From NCBI RefSeq assembly GCF_009914755.1, contig NC_060926.1: DNA of 64,000 nt. One strand, given 5' to 3'. A program made the translations under genes and the position numbers. Positions 45,440 through 61,000 of the stretch are shown piece by piece (positions within the stretch are counted from its first letter, which is position 1; every line of letters begins with the position of its first letter). The notes beneath the pieces are model-generated. The model saw nothing but the letters and a program-made list of their open reading frames with translations. It searched no databases and had not been told where the DNA came from. This DNA comes from the human T2T-CHM13v2.0 reference genome, Homo sapiens.

Positions 45440-46346
45440 AGGGGAGGAGCCAAGATGGCGGAATAGGAACAGCTCCGGTCTACAGCTCCCAGCGTGAGCG
45501 ACGCAGAAGATGGGAGATTTCTGCATTTCCATCTGAGGTACCGGGTTCATCTCACTAGGGAGTGCCAGACAGTGGGCGCAGGCCAGTGTGTGCGTGCACC
45601 GTGCGCGAGCCGAAGCAGGGCGAGGCATTGCCTCACCTGGGAAGCGCAAGGGGTCAGGGAGTTCCCTTTCCGAGTCAAAGAAAGGGGTGACAGACGGCAC
45701 CTGGAAAATCGGGTCACTCCCACCCGAATATTGCGCTTTTCAGACCGGCTTAAAAAACGGTGCACCACGAGACTATATCCCACACCTGGCTCAGAGGGTC
45801 CTACGCCCACGGAATCTCACTGATTGCTAGCACAGCAGTCTGAGATCAAACTGCAAGGCGGCAACGAGGCTGGGGGAAGGGCGCCCGCCATTGCCCAGGC
45901 TTGCTTAGGTAAACAAAGCAGCAGGGAAGCTCGAACTGGGTGGAGCCCACCACAGCTCAAGGAGGCCTGCCTGCCTCTGTAGGCTCCACCTCTGGGGGCA
46001 GGGCACAGACAAACAAAAAGACAGCAGTAACCTCTGCAGACTTAAGTGTCCCTGTCTGACAGCTTTGAAGAGAGCAGTGGTTCTCCCAGTACGCAGCTGG
46101 AGATCTGAGAACGGGCAGACTGCCTCCTCAAGTGAGTCCCTGACCCCTGACCCCCGAGCAGCCTAACTGGGAGGCACCCCCCAGCAGGGGCACACTGACA
46201 CCTCACACGGCAGGGTATTCCAACAGACCTGCAGCTGAGGGTCCTGTCTGTTAGAAGGAAAACTAACAACCAGAAAGGACATCTACACCGAAAACCCATC
46301 TGTACATCACCATCATCAAAGACCAAAAGTAGATAAAACCACAAAG
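45440..46346 (+). promoter_or_regulatory. L1 5'UTR: CpG-rich internal sense promoter and antisense promoter, with YY1 site at 45451-45461
   Basis: Complete ~907-bp 5'UTR retaining many CpGs against a CpG-poor background. CAAGATGGC YY1 core. Confidence 0.9.
45547..45891 (-). pseudogene. ORF0: L1 ORF0 (antisense), nonsense at codon 25
   Basis: ATG at 45891 reads MAGALPPASLPPCSLISDCCASNQ, then TGA (45817-45819, CGA>TGA). The same frame continues as track ORF 45547..45810 (GVGPSEPGVGYSLVV...). Confidence 0.85.
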
Positions 46347-47362
46347 ATGAGGAAAAAACAGAACAGAAAAACTGGAAACTCTAAAAAGCAGAGCGCCTCT
46401 CCTCCTCCAAAGGAACGCAGTTCCTCACCAGCAACGGAACAAAGCTGGATGGAGAATGATTTTGACGAGCTGAGAGAAGAAGGCTTCAGACGATCAGATT
46501 ACTCTGAGCTACGGGAGGACATTCAAACCAAAGGCAAAGAAGTTGAAAACTTTGAAAAAAATTTAGAAGAATGTATAACTAGAATAACCAAGACAGAGAA
46601 GTGCTTAAAGGAGCTGATGGAGCTGAAAACCAAGGCTGGAGAAATACGTGAAGAATGCAGAAGCCTCAGGAGCTGATGCGATCAACTGGAAGAAAGGGTA
46701 TCAGCAATGGAAGATGAAATGAATGAAATGAAGCGAGAAGGGAAGTTTAGAGAAAAAAGAATAAAAAGAAATGAGCAAAGCCTCCAAGAAATATGGGACT
46801 ATGGGAAAGACCAAATCTACGTCTGATTGGTGTACCTGAAAGTGATGGGGAGAATGGAACCAAGTTGGAAAACCCTCTGCAAGATATTATCCAGGAGAAC
46901 TTCCCCAATCTAGCAAGGCAGGCCAACGTTCAGATTCAGGAAATACAGAGAACGCCACAAAGATACTCCTCGAGAAGAGCAACTCCAAGACACATAATTG
47001 TCAGATTCACCAAAGTTGAAATGAAGGAAAAAATGTTAAGGGCAGCCAGAGAGAAAGGTCGGGTTACCCTCAAAGGAAAGCCCATCAGACTAACAGCGGA
47101 TCTCTCGGCAGAAACCCTACAAGCCAGAAGAGAGTGGGGGCCAATATTCAACATTCTTAAAGAAAAGAATTTTCAACCCAGAATTTCATATCCAGCCAAA
47201 CTAAGCTTCATAAGTGAAGGAGAAATAAAATACTTTATAGACAAGCAAATGCTGAGAGATTTTGTCACCACCCGGCCTGCCCTAAAAGAGCTCCTGAAGG
47301 AAGCACTAAACATGGAAAGGAACAACCGGTACCAGCCGCTGCAAAATCATGCCAAAATGTAA
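46347..47362 (+). pseudogene. ORF1: L1 ORF1, disrupted
   Basis: R110* (CGA>TGA at 46674-46676) and a 1-nt deletion near 46803-46808 (TATGGGAAAGACC vs consensus TATGTGAAAAGACC). Span is 1016 nt vs the normal 1017. Confidence 0.95.
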
Positions 47363-47401
47363 AGACCATCGAGACTAGGAAGAAACTGCATCAACTAATG
47401 A

Positions 47402-51253
<3,852 letters not shown>

Positions 51254-51296
51254 ACAATGAGATCACATGGACACAGGAAGGGGAATATCACACTCT

Positions 51297-51330
51297 GGGG
51301 ACTGTGGTGGGGTCGGGGGAGGGGGGAGGG
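51297..51330 (+). other. L1 3'UTR G-rich tract (G-quadruplex-forming)
   Basis: GGGGACTGTGGTGGGGTCGGGGGAGGGGGGAGGG has five runs of three or more G. Confidence 0.75.
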
Positions 51331-51591
51331 ATAGCATTGGGAGATATACCTAATGCTAGATGACACGTTAGTGGGTGCAGCGCACCAGCATGGCACATGT
51401 ATACATATGCAACTAACCTGCACAATGTGCACATGTACCCTAAAACTTAAAGTATAATACAAAAAAAATAAAAAATAAAAAATAAAAATAACTCAGAGCA
51501 TTGAAATTACTGAGCTTAAAGGGTTTTTTTTTTTTTTTAATTTTTGATTTTGTATAAGAACCCAAGCACATAACGAAAATAGCACAAAACA

Positions 51592-53628
51592 GACTAGTGG
51601 GCTACCATAACAGAATGCCTGAGACTGGATAATTTATATGAACAGAAATTTATTTTCTCATAGTTCTGGATGCTGGGAGGTCCAAGATCAAGGAATCAGC
51701 ATCTGAGAAGAGTTTCTTCCCGTATCATTACATGTGGGAGGAAAAAAAAAAAAAAGCCGAAGAGAGCAAAGGGGACAAAACTCACCCTTTTATAGTGGCA
51801 TCAATCCCACCCAGAGGCCGGAGACTTTATGGACTAATCACCTCTTCACAGTCCCGCTTCCCTATACTGTCACATTAGCAATTAAATTTCAACATGAGTT
51901 TTGGAGAGGACAGACATAAAGATCATAACATTCTCCTTTAGCCTCCCAAAACTCATCTCCTTTTCACATACAAAATACATTCATTCCATCCCAATAGCTC
52001 TAAAAGTCTTAACTCATGATAACATCAACCCAAATGTGCCAAATCCAGAGTCTCATCTACATTAGATGTGAATGAAACTTAAGGCATGATTCATCCAAAG
52101 GCAAATTCCCCTCCAGGTGTGAGCCTGTGAAATCAAAACAAGTTATCTCCTTCCAAAATACAATGGTGAGATAAGCATAGGATAGATACATCCATTTCAT
52201 AAAGGAGAAACAGGAAAGAAGAAAGGGATAACTGGTCCCACATAAGTCCTTACCCCAATAGGTTGAACGACACTAAATTCTAATGGTTGAGAATAATCTC
52301 CTATGACTCCTGCCTGGGCACACTGGGGCAAGGGTTGGGCCCCTATGTCCTCAGGTAGCTCCACCCCTGTGGCTTTTCTGGGCTTAGCCCATGCAGCAAC
52401 TCTCACAGGTTGGAGTCTCTCTTGCCTGCAACTCTCCCAGACTGGCATTGGATGCTGATGTTGCTACAGTTCTAGGATCTCAGTAGTCACCCCACTCCTA
52501 CAGCCCTACTAGGCCCTAGTGGATACTCTCTGCAGCAGCTGCACCCCACTGGCAGTTCTCTGTAGCATCTTTTAAAATCTAAGCGGCGGCAAACATGCCA
52601 CCATAGCTTTCACACACCCTGTGCCTGCAGATTTAGTGCCACATGGACACTGCCAAGGTTTACGGCTTGCACCTCCTGGAACAGAGGCCAGAGCTGCATT
52701 TGGACTTGCTTGAGCCACAGCTGGGAAGGCCAACGGTTGCTGTTTCAGAACACAAGGAACAGAGACTTGGGACATCACAGGGCAGAGAATGCTGAGGTCC
52801 CACAGACACCCTTAGCCCCCCTCTGGAAACCTTTCTGTCCTCAATGTCCTAGCATTCTGGCCATGTGATGGGAAGGCAGCATCAAATGTATCTGAAATGC
52901 CTTTGGGATCTTTCTCCTCTTGTCTTTATGAATGGCACCTGGCTATCTTCTAGCTATACTAATCTGTTTATCAAGCTGTCACTTGGCCATAGGGAGTGTT
53001 TCAGGGAAGTTTCAGACTTTCCCTATACCTTTCCCCTTCTCCTGAGCCCTGACCAGAATCACTTAAAGCTCCATTAATGGCAATCTAGGCTTTTGAGGCT
53101 GCCCTGAGACTTCTCCACAGCCACGCTTCCTACTAGAAGACAGATATCAATGTACTACTCCTCCAAATTCTTCCAGCTTCTATGCTTTACCCAGTTCCAA
53201 AGCTGCTTCCACATTTTTATGTATATGTTATAGTCATATCCCACTTCTCTAGCATTCATTTCTGTCTTAATCTGTTTAGTACTGCTATTACAGAATACCT
53301 GAAATGAGGCAATTTATAATGAAAACACATTTATTTTCTTACAGTTCGGGGGGCTGGGAAGTCCAAGATCAGGTGCTGGCATCTTGCATGGGCCTTCTTG
53401 CCACATCATCATATGGCAGAAGGCATCACACGACAGAAGAGCAAGGAGAGAGCAAGAGGAGGTGAACCCAGTTTCATGATAATGGACCCACTCCCACAAT
53501 AATGGCATAATCCAAGCAGAGCCCTCATGGCCTAATCACCTCCTAAAGGTTCCACCTCTAAATACTGTTGCAATGGCAATTACATTTCTACATGAGTTTT
53601 GTAGGGGACAAACATTCAAACCATATCA
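51592..53628 (-). mobile_element. MSTC/MSTD-like MaLR provirus: LTR (~51592-51930), internal region (51931-53262), LTR (53263-53628)
   Basis: Two homologous LTRs share GCTGGGA(G/A)GTCCAAGATCA, CTAATCACCTC and ACATGAGTTTTG. They flank MST-int sequence (CTTCCAAAATACAATGGTG, GGCAATCTAGGCTTTT). Confidence 0.85.
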
Positions 53629-53639
53629 CACATGGAAGA

Positions 53640-53830
53640 AATGTAGGTTGTCCTCAGACTTCTCCACAGCTACACTTTCTAACAGAAGACAGATATCAAT
53701 GTCTAAAAATTATGAGAGAAACCATGACCCAGTAACTTTGTACTCAGTTAAATTTATAAAGGCCACAGAAAGACATTCCCAAGGATGGCTGAGGTCAGGG
53801 AATAAAATAACCATGAGGCTCTCTTGAAAA
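53640..53830 (+). mobile_element. HAL1/L1ME-like ORF1 remnant
   Basis: CTCAGACTTCTCCACAGC...AGAAGACA...TGACCCAG resembles the ancient L1/HAL1 ORF1 C-terminal region. It probably continues the A-rich remnant at ~44850-45420. Confidence 0.5.
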
Positions 53831-54284
53831 AAAAAAAGATGATAATATGCAGTCTGTCAAGAGTATATTAAAATTAAAATGTAGAAAAGATATTGTTTAA
53901 GGATGGTTGTTGTATTTATGAAGATATATTAGTTTGTGCTGCAGTATGAAGCAATATTTGAATGTCAGGAGCTTAGCAAAACAAAGTCCATTTTTCCCCC
54001 ACAGAATACATCTCCGCAGGTAAACATGGATGTTGTCCATAGATAAGGGACCTGGGGTGACAGAAGCTGCATCTGCTCATAGCTGATCTGTGAACATGCA
54101 GCCTCCTCAGTTATTGTGGCTTGAGAAGAGACTGAAGAATCATATATAGTCTTTTCATTGCCTTTGCTCAGGACTGACACGTGCTACTTTGCTCAGAGTC
54201 GTTGTTCAGAAAGAGTCAATAGTGCCCTATAGTGAAGCTTGGAAATGAGTCTGAAACATTTTTACTTCAAAAGCGAGGTCACAA

Positions 54285-54617
54285 GGCCGGGTGTGGTGGC
54301 TCATGCCTGTAATCCCAGCAATTTGGGAGGCCAAGGTGAGAAGATCACTTGAGTCCAGGAGTTTGAAACCACCCTGGGCAACATAGCAAGACCCAGTCTC
54401 TACAGAAAAGAAAAAAAAAATTAGCCAAGTGTAGTGTCATGCAGCTGTACTTCCAGCTACTCAGGAGGCTGAGGTGGGAGGATCACTTGAGCTAAAGAGG
54501 TTGAGGCTAATGTGAGCTTTGATTGTGCCACTGTACTTAAGCCTGGGCAACAGAGCAAGACTGTCTCAAAGGAACAAAACAAAACAAAACAAAAGAGCCA
54601 AAAAAAAAAAAAAAAAA
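54285..54617 (+). mobile_element. AluJ (Jo/Jr-like)
   Basis: GATCACTTGAGTCCAGGAG, CAACATAGCAAGACCC and GAGGTTGAGGCT. Partial TSD AGCGAGGTCA/AGCAAGGTCA (54272-54281, 54621-54630). Confidence 0.9.
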
Positions 54618-54866
54618 CCCAGCAAGGTCATTATTTTCTCGGAAATGTTAGTGCAGATCCCTGGTTTTTTACTTATAAATTCAAACACAGAGTATATAGG
54701 CACATGTACATATGCATGCATATGAATACATGACAATATATACTGTATACACATATACAAATATATATAAAAGGTATAGCATTTACTGATACTAAAGGAT
54801 TTTGGAAGCAAATAAGTAATATATAGAATGGTAGCTACAATATGATCTATTTTGGGATTTTGCGTA

Positions 54867-54892
54867 TGTGTGTGTGTGTGTGTGTGTGTGTG
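54867..54892. repeat. (TG)13 microsatellite
   Basis: Uninterrupted TG run. Confidence 0.95.
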
Positions 54893-56204
54893 CATTTCTT
54901 CATTTGGAGATTATAAAAATGTTGAATTGTTCTCTTTAGGTGTTAAGGTTACAGGCAAACTACGTTTTTCTCATCTGTTTTCCTCAATTTTTCAAATTAA
55001 CATGTATTACTTGTGCAATTAAGATTTTTTTTTAAAAAGAACAAATGTATCAACTTACATTAATTGTTAAATAGGTGGAGAGAAATACTTATGGTTTTTA
55101 AGAACTGCTCAGTTTCCTACTTTGCACATAAAAACGTACTAAGGTAAATTAAGTAATGTACCCAATACCCTGGTGTCCTAAAATTGTGCTTTTACAACGG
55201 GCAAAGCAAAAAAATGTGTAACAAATAAATCCATTAGAACTCTTTGCAGAAAGTTTCCATTTTCTCTACCCTTTTCTTAATAAGAAATGTTTTAGGCTCA
55301 TGTGAATAGGCAAGGAAATTTTCCCAGCTGTTCAATGCCAAAAATTTTATGAAATCTCATCAGGCCAAACTATTTGTTCTCTTTTTCAGTTACATTGCAC
55401 CGCGGTTTGCATTATTATTTACTAACTAGATTACAGTCTGCAGTTCTTTTCAACTATTTTCCAGTTGCTGCGTTTTTTTTTTTATTTTCCCGTATGAGGA
55501 TTTCTTTTCTCAAATGCTAGCAATTCATTCATTCAATTTCTGTGCAGAGGGTGAATAGCTACATAGCAATTTCAAAGCCACAGGAGAATGTCAAAGGCGT
55601 TTCTTAATCTGTTTTACAAATGATTATAACAGCTGAGAAGGAAGTCCAGGGCAGGAAATCACATTCTCCAACTAGGAACTTATTGTCCATTTAGGTCTAA
55701 GAAAAATCTAACTCAGTGAAGATGATTATATTTTCTTTTATTTTAAATATAGAAGATTTAGAAAAGACACACAAAGAGAAGTGCTTAGAGTTATTGTATG
55801 AATATTTCAATCTAGCATGGTTTAGAGAACTGGAATTTTACAAGAGAATGCTGCCATAAGAAGACCTTTAGAAATATAGACATGGGAACAGCCAGCTAGA
55901 TTCCATTTTTTTCCTTGAAACATGTTGCTTGTTTCTTATTTATTTTAGAATATACTGAGTCAGGTAGACCCACTCAGGGAAGGCCTCGACTTTCCTCACC
56001 TGTGACTAGAAGCAATAATTCAGAAGTATATCAGAGAGATAGGCAAGAATATCTTATTTCTGTAATACTGCTCTTTACAGATAAAAGGTATTTTTAAATA
56101 TAACATATATTTAAATATAAATGTACTTGCATACTACATGCCTTTTAATGTTTGAAAATTGTTAATTCTTTTAACTCTAGGATAAGTATTTTATCTTACA
56201 AAAT

Positions 56205-57330
56205 AAAATGGGGTTTGCATATTCTTCAAACCCTCTCAATCTTCCTTTTTGCTCCAGCCATTGCTTCCCTAACCAGTTCTGCACCTGCTTGGATGAACCT
56301 TGCGCAAGTGTAACCTGACAAAACTTCTCTTGGGCCTACACAACGTACCTACTTATTGCTTTCTGCCCCAGGGCTTCTTCAACAGAGTGATGAGGGATAC
56401 CTGTGGGAATTCATCTAACACTCAGGCATGTGCAATGAAGTGTTAATACCCAAAAGTCATCCTTGACCAATGGAAGATGGAATCCATAGAGTGTGTTGCC
56501 CTTTCTCCTCTAAAGAGGACAGTTCAGGGACTCATTTCATTATACTCCCCAAGGGGTCTAATTGGCATTAGCACTAGTCACTTGCAGTGGTATTCAATAC
56601 AATTGGCTGTTATTTTCTTTTTTACTCTCCCTTTCTCTCACTCTTGCCTTCTGTGATTACTTTTCAGTTAAAATATCTGCAAACAATCCTTTGTATCAAG
56701 CTCTGCTTTCAGGGAAACCCAGATTAAAATAGAGATACCAAGAGCAACTTCAGAAAGCTATCAGGATAGATTTTGGAAATGGTAATAAGGACAAATTGCT
56801 GATGATGACTGAGGTAGATAGACATCATTCCTAGCCCACAGTAGCATCACAATGACAAAGAATCTCACTGGATTTGGGCTGAACTGAGATCCTGGTGGAA
56901 GGAGAAGCAAGGAATTGCACTGGAGCTGTGGCACTTGGATGAAATGGAGCTGACAGTAATTCTAAAATTATGGAGTTGCTTATTTTTATTTTCTAGTTTG
57001 GAAGCCTTGAAAAATGAAAATAAACTCAATTTAGTCAATTTTTAACTCAAGATATACCTTAAAACCAGAGGCCTTCTATGGTAAGGAAAACCCTTGTCTC
57101 CTACCACTGTGGGGGCAGATTGTGCCAAAAAGTCTGCATGCCTGTGATTTAATTAAAAGGGTGGAGAAGCTGCAAAGAAGAATCAGCACATGATCTCAAA
57201 AGTCACCTATATAAAAGACATCTCTTGCAAGGCAAAGAACAAGACTCTTGGTCCTGACATGGAGACATTTAGATGGACAAGCTGGAGAGTCTTGAAATCT
57301 CAGATTGCCCAGAATCCTAAGAGCCCAATT
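56205..57330 (+). mobile_element. LTR16-like ERVL LTR (~56205-56730) followed by an ERVL gag-leader internal remnant
   Basis: CTTTCTGCCCCAGGGCTT, CCTTGACCAATGG and GCTCTGCTTTCAGGGAAACCCAGATTAAAATA (LTR end), then AACCAGAGGCCTTCTATG and AAACCCTTGTCTCCT. Confidence 0.65.
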
Positions 57331-57739
57331 GAGAAGCACCCTCATTCTTGCTGTCAGAATCATGTTTACCAGTACTGCAAAGACCTCACCTGAGACATAC
57401 TCACACAAGAGAACTTTTATCCTTCCTAATATCTACTCCTGCTACTCTAAATGGCTGAGGCAAGCTAAGATAATTTACTTTGCTTTTAGTGGGACACACT
57501 TATGTGATTAACTGTTCCATCCATGAATAGTTATGTTACTGCAAAACATCCTGGCATAAAAAATGTTTCCATGAACACTCTTGCCATGTGATCTGTTCAA
57601 TCACTAAAAGTCATGACACAAAAATGGCAGACTAACAGAGGTTGAACTAGCATGTGAAAATGTCTTGTGGTACTGGCACTATGTGGGTGGCAGAGAAGAT
57701 GCAAATTTGAGAGATATCAAAACACAAATGGATCTGATG

Positions 57740-58020
57740 AAAATTCTTTCAAATTTTTAAACTTACATATAAAAGAAATTTGATAGAGGTTTTCATGTAT
57801 TTGATAACAATCCTAAAAATAACATAACATTATGAATAAATTATGTAACTGAAAGATACGTTTCTAATCTACCACTAATAAAAGTATCCATTACGCTAAG
57901 AAAACATTTATTTTTCTATTTTCTTTATAGAAAATATTACAAAATTGTCATATGAAGAAGTGATTGAAGAATATGTAGTCGAAAAAGAGTAACAGTATGA
58001 TAGACGTGTGGTCGAGCACA
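57740..58020 (+). mobile_element. Zaphod-like hAT-Tip100 transposase 3' fragment, apparently resuming after 63214
   Basis: TTTGATAACAATCCTAAAAAT...CTGAAAGA...TATAGAAAATATTACAAAATTGTCATATGAAGAAGTGATTGAAGAATATGTAG, a decayed hAT dimerisation-domain sequence (recalled consensus). Confidence 0.65.
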
Positions 58021-58094
58021 GATTTGTTTTTTATTCTCTTTTTTTCTCATGTACAACAGACAGTTTTCTTGAATTGATTAGCTGGTGTATTCCA

Positions 58095-61000
58095 TTTCTT
58101 CTTTTGTTAAGTTCTGGGATACATGTGCAGAACGTGCAGGTTTGTTACCTAGGTGTATGTGTGCCATGATGGTTTGCTGCTCCTATCCACCCATCACCTA
58201 AGGTTTAAGCCCTGCAGGCATTAGCTATCTGTCCTGATGCTTTCTTTTCCCACGTCCCCACCGCCCACCCCAAACCCCCTGCCGATAGGTCCCAGTGTGT
58301 GTTGGTCCCCTTCCTTTCTCCATGTGTTCTTTTTGTTCAGCTCCCACTTATAAGTAAGAACGTGCAGTGTTTGGTTTTCTTTTCCTGGGTTAGTTTGCTG
58401 AGGATGATGGCTTCCAGCTTCATCCAGGTTCCTGGAAAGGACATGATCTCATTCCTTTTTATGGCTGTATAGTATTCAATGGTGCATATGTACCACATTT
58501 TCTTTATCCAATGCATCACTGATGGGCATTTGGGTTGGTTCCATGTCTTTACTATTGTGAATAGTGCTGCAATAAACATACATGTGCATGTATCTTTATA
58601 GCAGGATAACTTATATTCCTTTGGGCATATATCCAGTAATGGGATTACTGGGTCAAATGGTATTTCTGGTTCTAGATCCTCGAGGAATCGCCACATTGTC
58701 TTCCACAACGGCTGAACTAATTTACATTCCCATCAACAATGTAAAAGCATTCCTATTTCTCCACAGCTTCGCCAGCATCTGTTGTTTCTTGACTTTTTAA
58801 TAATTGACCTTCTCACTGGCATGAGATGGTATCTCACTGTGGCTTTGATTTGCATTGTTCTGATCATGAGTGATGTTGAGTTTTTTTTTTTTCATATGTT
58901 TGTCGGCCACATAAATTTCTTCTTTTGAGAAGTGTCTGTTCATATCCTTTGCCCACTTTTTGATGTGGTTGTTTGTTTTTTTCTTGTAAATTTTTCTTAA
59001 GTTCCTTGTAAATTCTGGATATTAGAACTTTGTCAGATAAGTAGATTGCTGTGATGGTTAATACTGTCAACTGATTGAATTGAAAGATAAAAAGTATTGA
59101 TCCTGGGTGTGTCTGTGAGGGTGTTGCCAAAGGAGATTAACATTTGAGTCAGTGGGCTGGGAAAGGCAGACCCACCCTTAATCTGGGTAGGCACAATCTA
59201 ATCAGCTGCCAGCGTGGCTAGAATATAAACAGGCAGAAAAATGTGAAAAGAGAGACTGGCCTAGCCTCCCAGCCTACATCTTTCTCCCATGCTGGATGCT
59301 TCCTGACCTCGAACACTGGGCTCCAAGTTCTTCAGTTTTGGAATTCAGACTGGCTCTCCTTGCTCCTTAGCCTGCAGATGGCATATTGTAGGACCTTATG
59401 ATTGTGTGAAATAGTACTTAACAAACTCCCTTTTATATATATAACTATTCCATTAGTTCTGATCCTCTGGTGAACCATGACTAATACAATTATAAAAGTT
59501 TTCTCTCATTCTGTAGGTTTCCTGTTCACCCTGATGATAATTTCTTTTGCTCTGCAGAAGCTTTTTAGTTTAATTAGATCCCATTCATCAATTTTGGCTT
59601 TTGTTGCCATTGATTTTGGCAATTTCATAGTAAAATCTTTGCCCATGCCTATGTCCTAAATGTAATTGCCTAGGCTTTCTTCTAGGGTTTTTATGGTTTT
59701 TGGTTTTACATTTAAATCTTTAATCCATCTTGAGTTAATTTCTGTATAAGATGTAAGGAAGGGGTCCAGTTTCAGTTTTCTGCATATGGCTAGCCAGTTT
59801 TCCCAGCACCATTTATTAAATAGGGAATAATTTCCCTGTTGCTTGTTTTTGTCAGGTTTGTTGAAGATCAGATGGTTGTAGATACGTGGTCTTATTTCTG
59901 AGATCTCTATTCTGTTCCATTGGTCTATATGTCTGTTTTGGCATCAGTTTTGGTTACCATGCTGTTTTGGTTACTGTAGCCTTGTGGTATAGTTTGAAGT
60001 CAGGTAGCATAATGCCTCCAGCTTTGTTCTTTTTTGCTTAGGATTGTCTTGGCTATGTGGGCTCTGTTTTGGTTCCATATAAATTTTAAAGTAGTTTTTT
60101 CTAATTCTGTGAACAATATCAATGGTAGTTTGATGGGAATAGCATTGAATCTATAAATTACTTTGGCAATATGGCCATTTTCATGATATTGATTCTTCCG
60201 ATCCACGAGGATGGAATATTTTACCATTTGTTAGTGTCCTCTCTTATTTCCTTGAACAGTGGTTTGTAGTTCTTCTTGAAGAGGTCCTTCATTTCCCTTG
60301 TAAGTTGTATTCCTAGGTATTTTATTCTCTTTTTAGTAATTGTGAATGAAGGTTCAATCATGATTTGGCTCTCTGCTTGTCTATTATTGGTGTATAGGAA
60401 TGCTTGTGATTTTTGCAATTTGATTTTGTATCCTGAGACTTTTGCTGAAGTTGCTTATCAGCTCAAGGAGATTTGGGCTGAGACAATGGTGTTTTCTAAA
60501 TATAGAATCATGTCATCTGCAAACAGAGACAATTTGACTTCCCCTCTTCCTATTTGAATACGCTTTATTTCTTCCTCTTGCCTGATTGCCCTGGCCAGAA
60601 CTTCCAGTACTATGTTGAATAGGAGTGGCGAGAGAGAGCATCCTTGTCTTGTGCTGGTTTTCAATGGGAATGCTTCCAGCTTTGCACATTCAGTGTGATA
60701 TTGGCTGTGGGTTTGTCATAAATAGCTCTTATTATTTTGAGTTATGTTCCATCAATACCTAGTTTATTGAGAGCTTGTAGCATGAAGGGATGTTGAGTTT
60801 TATTCAAGGCCTTTTCTGCATCTATTGAGGTAATCATGTGGTCTTTGTCATTGGTTCTGTTTATGTGATGGATTATGTTTATTGATTTGCATAGGTTGAA
60901 CCAGCCTTGCATCCCACAGATGAAGCCAACTTGATCATGGTAGATATGCTTTTTTGACATGCTGCTGTATTTGGTTTGCCAGTATTTTATTGAGAATTTT

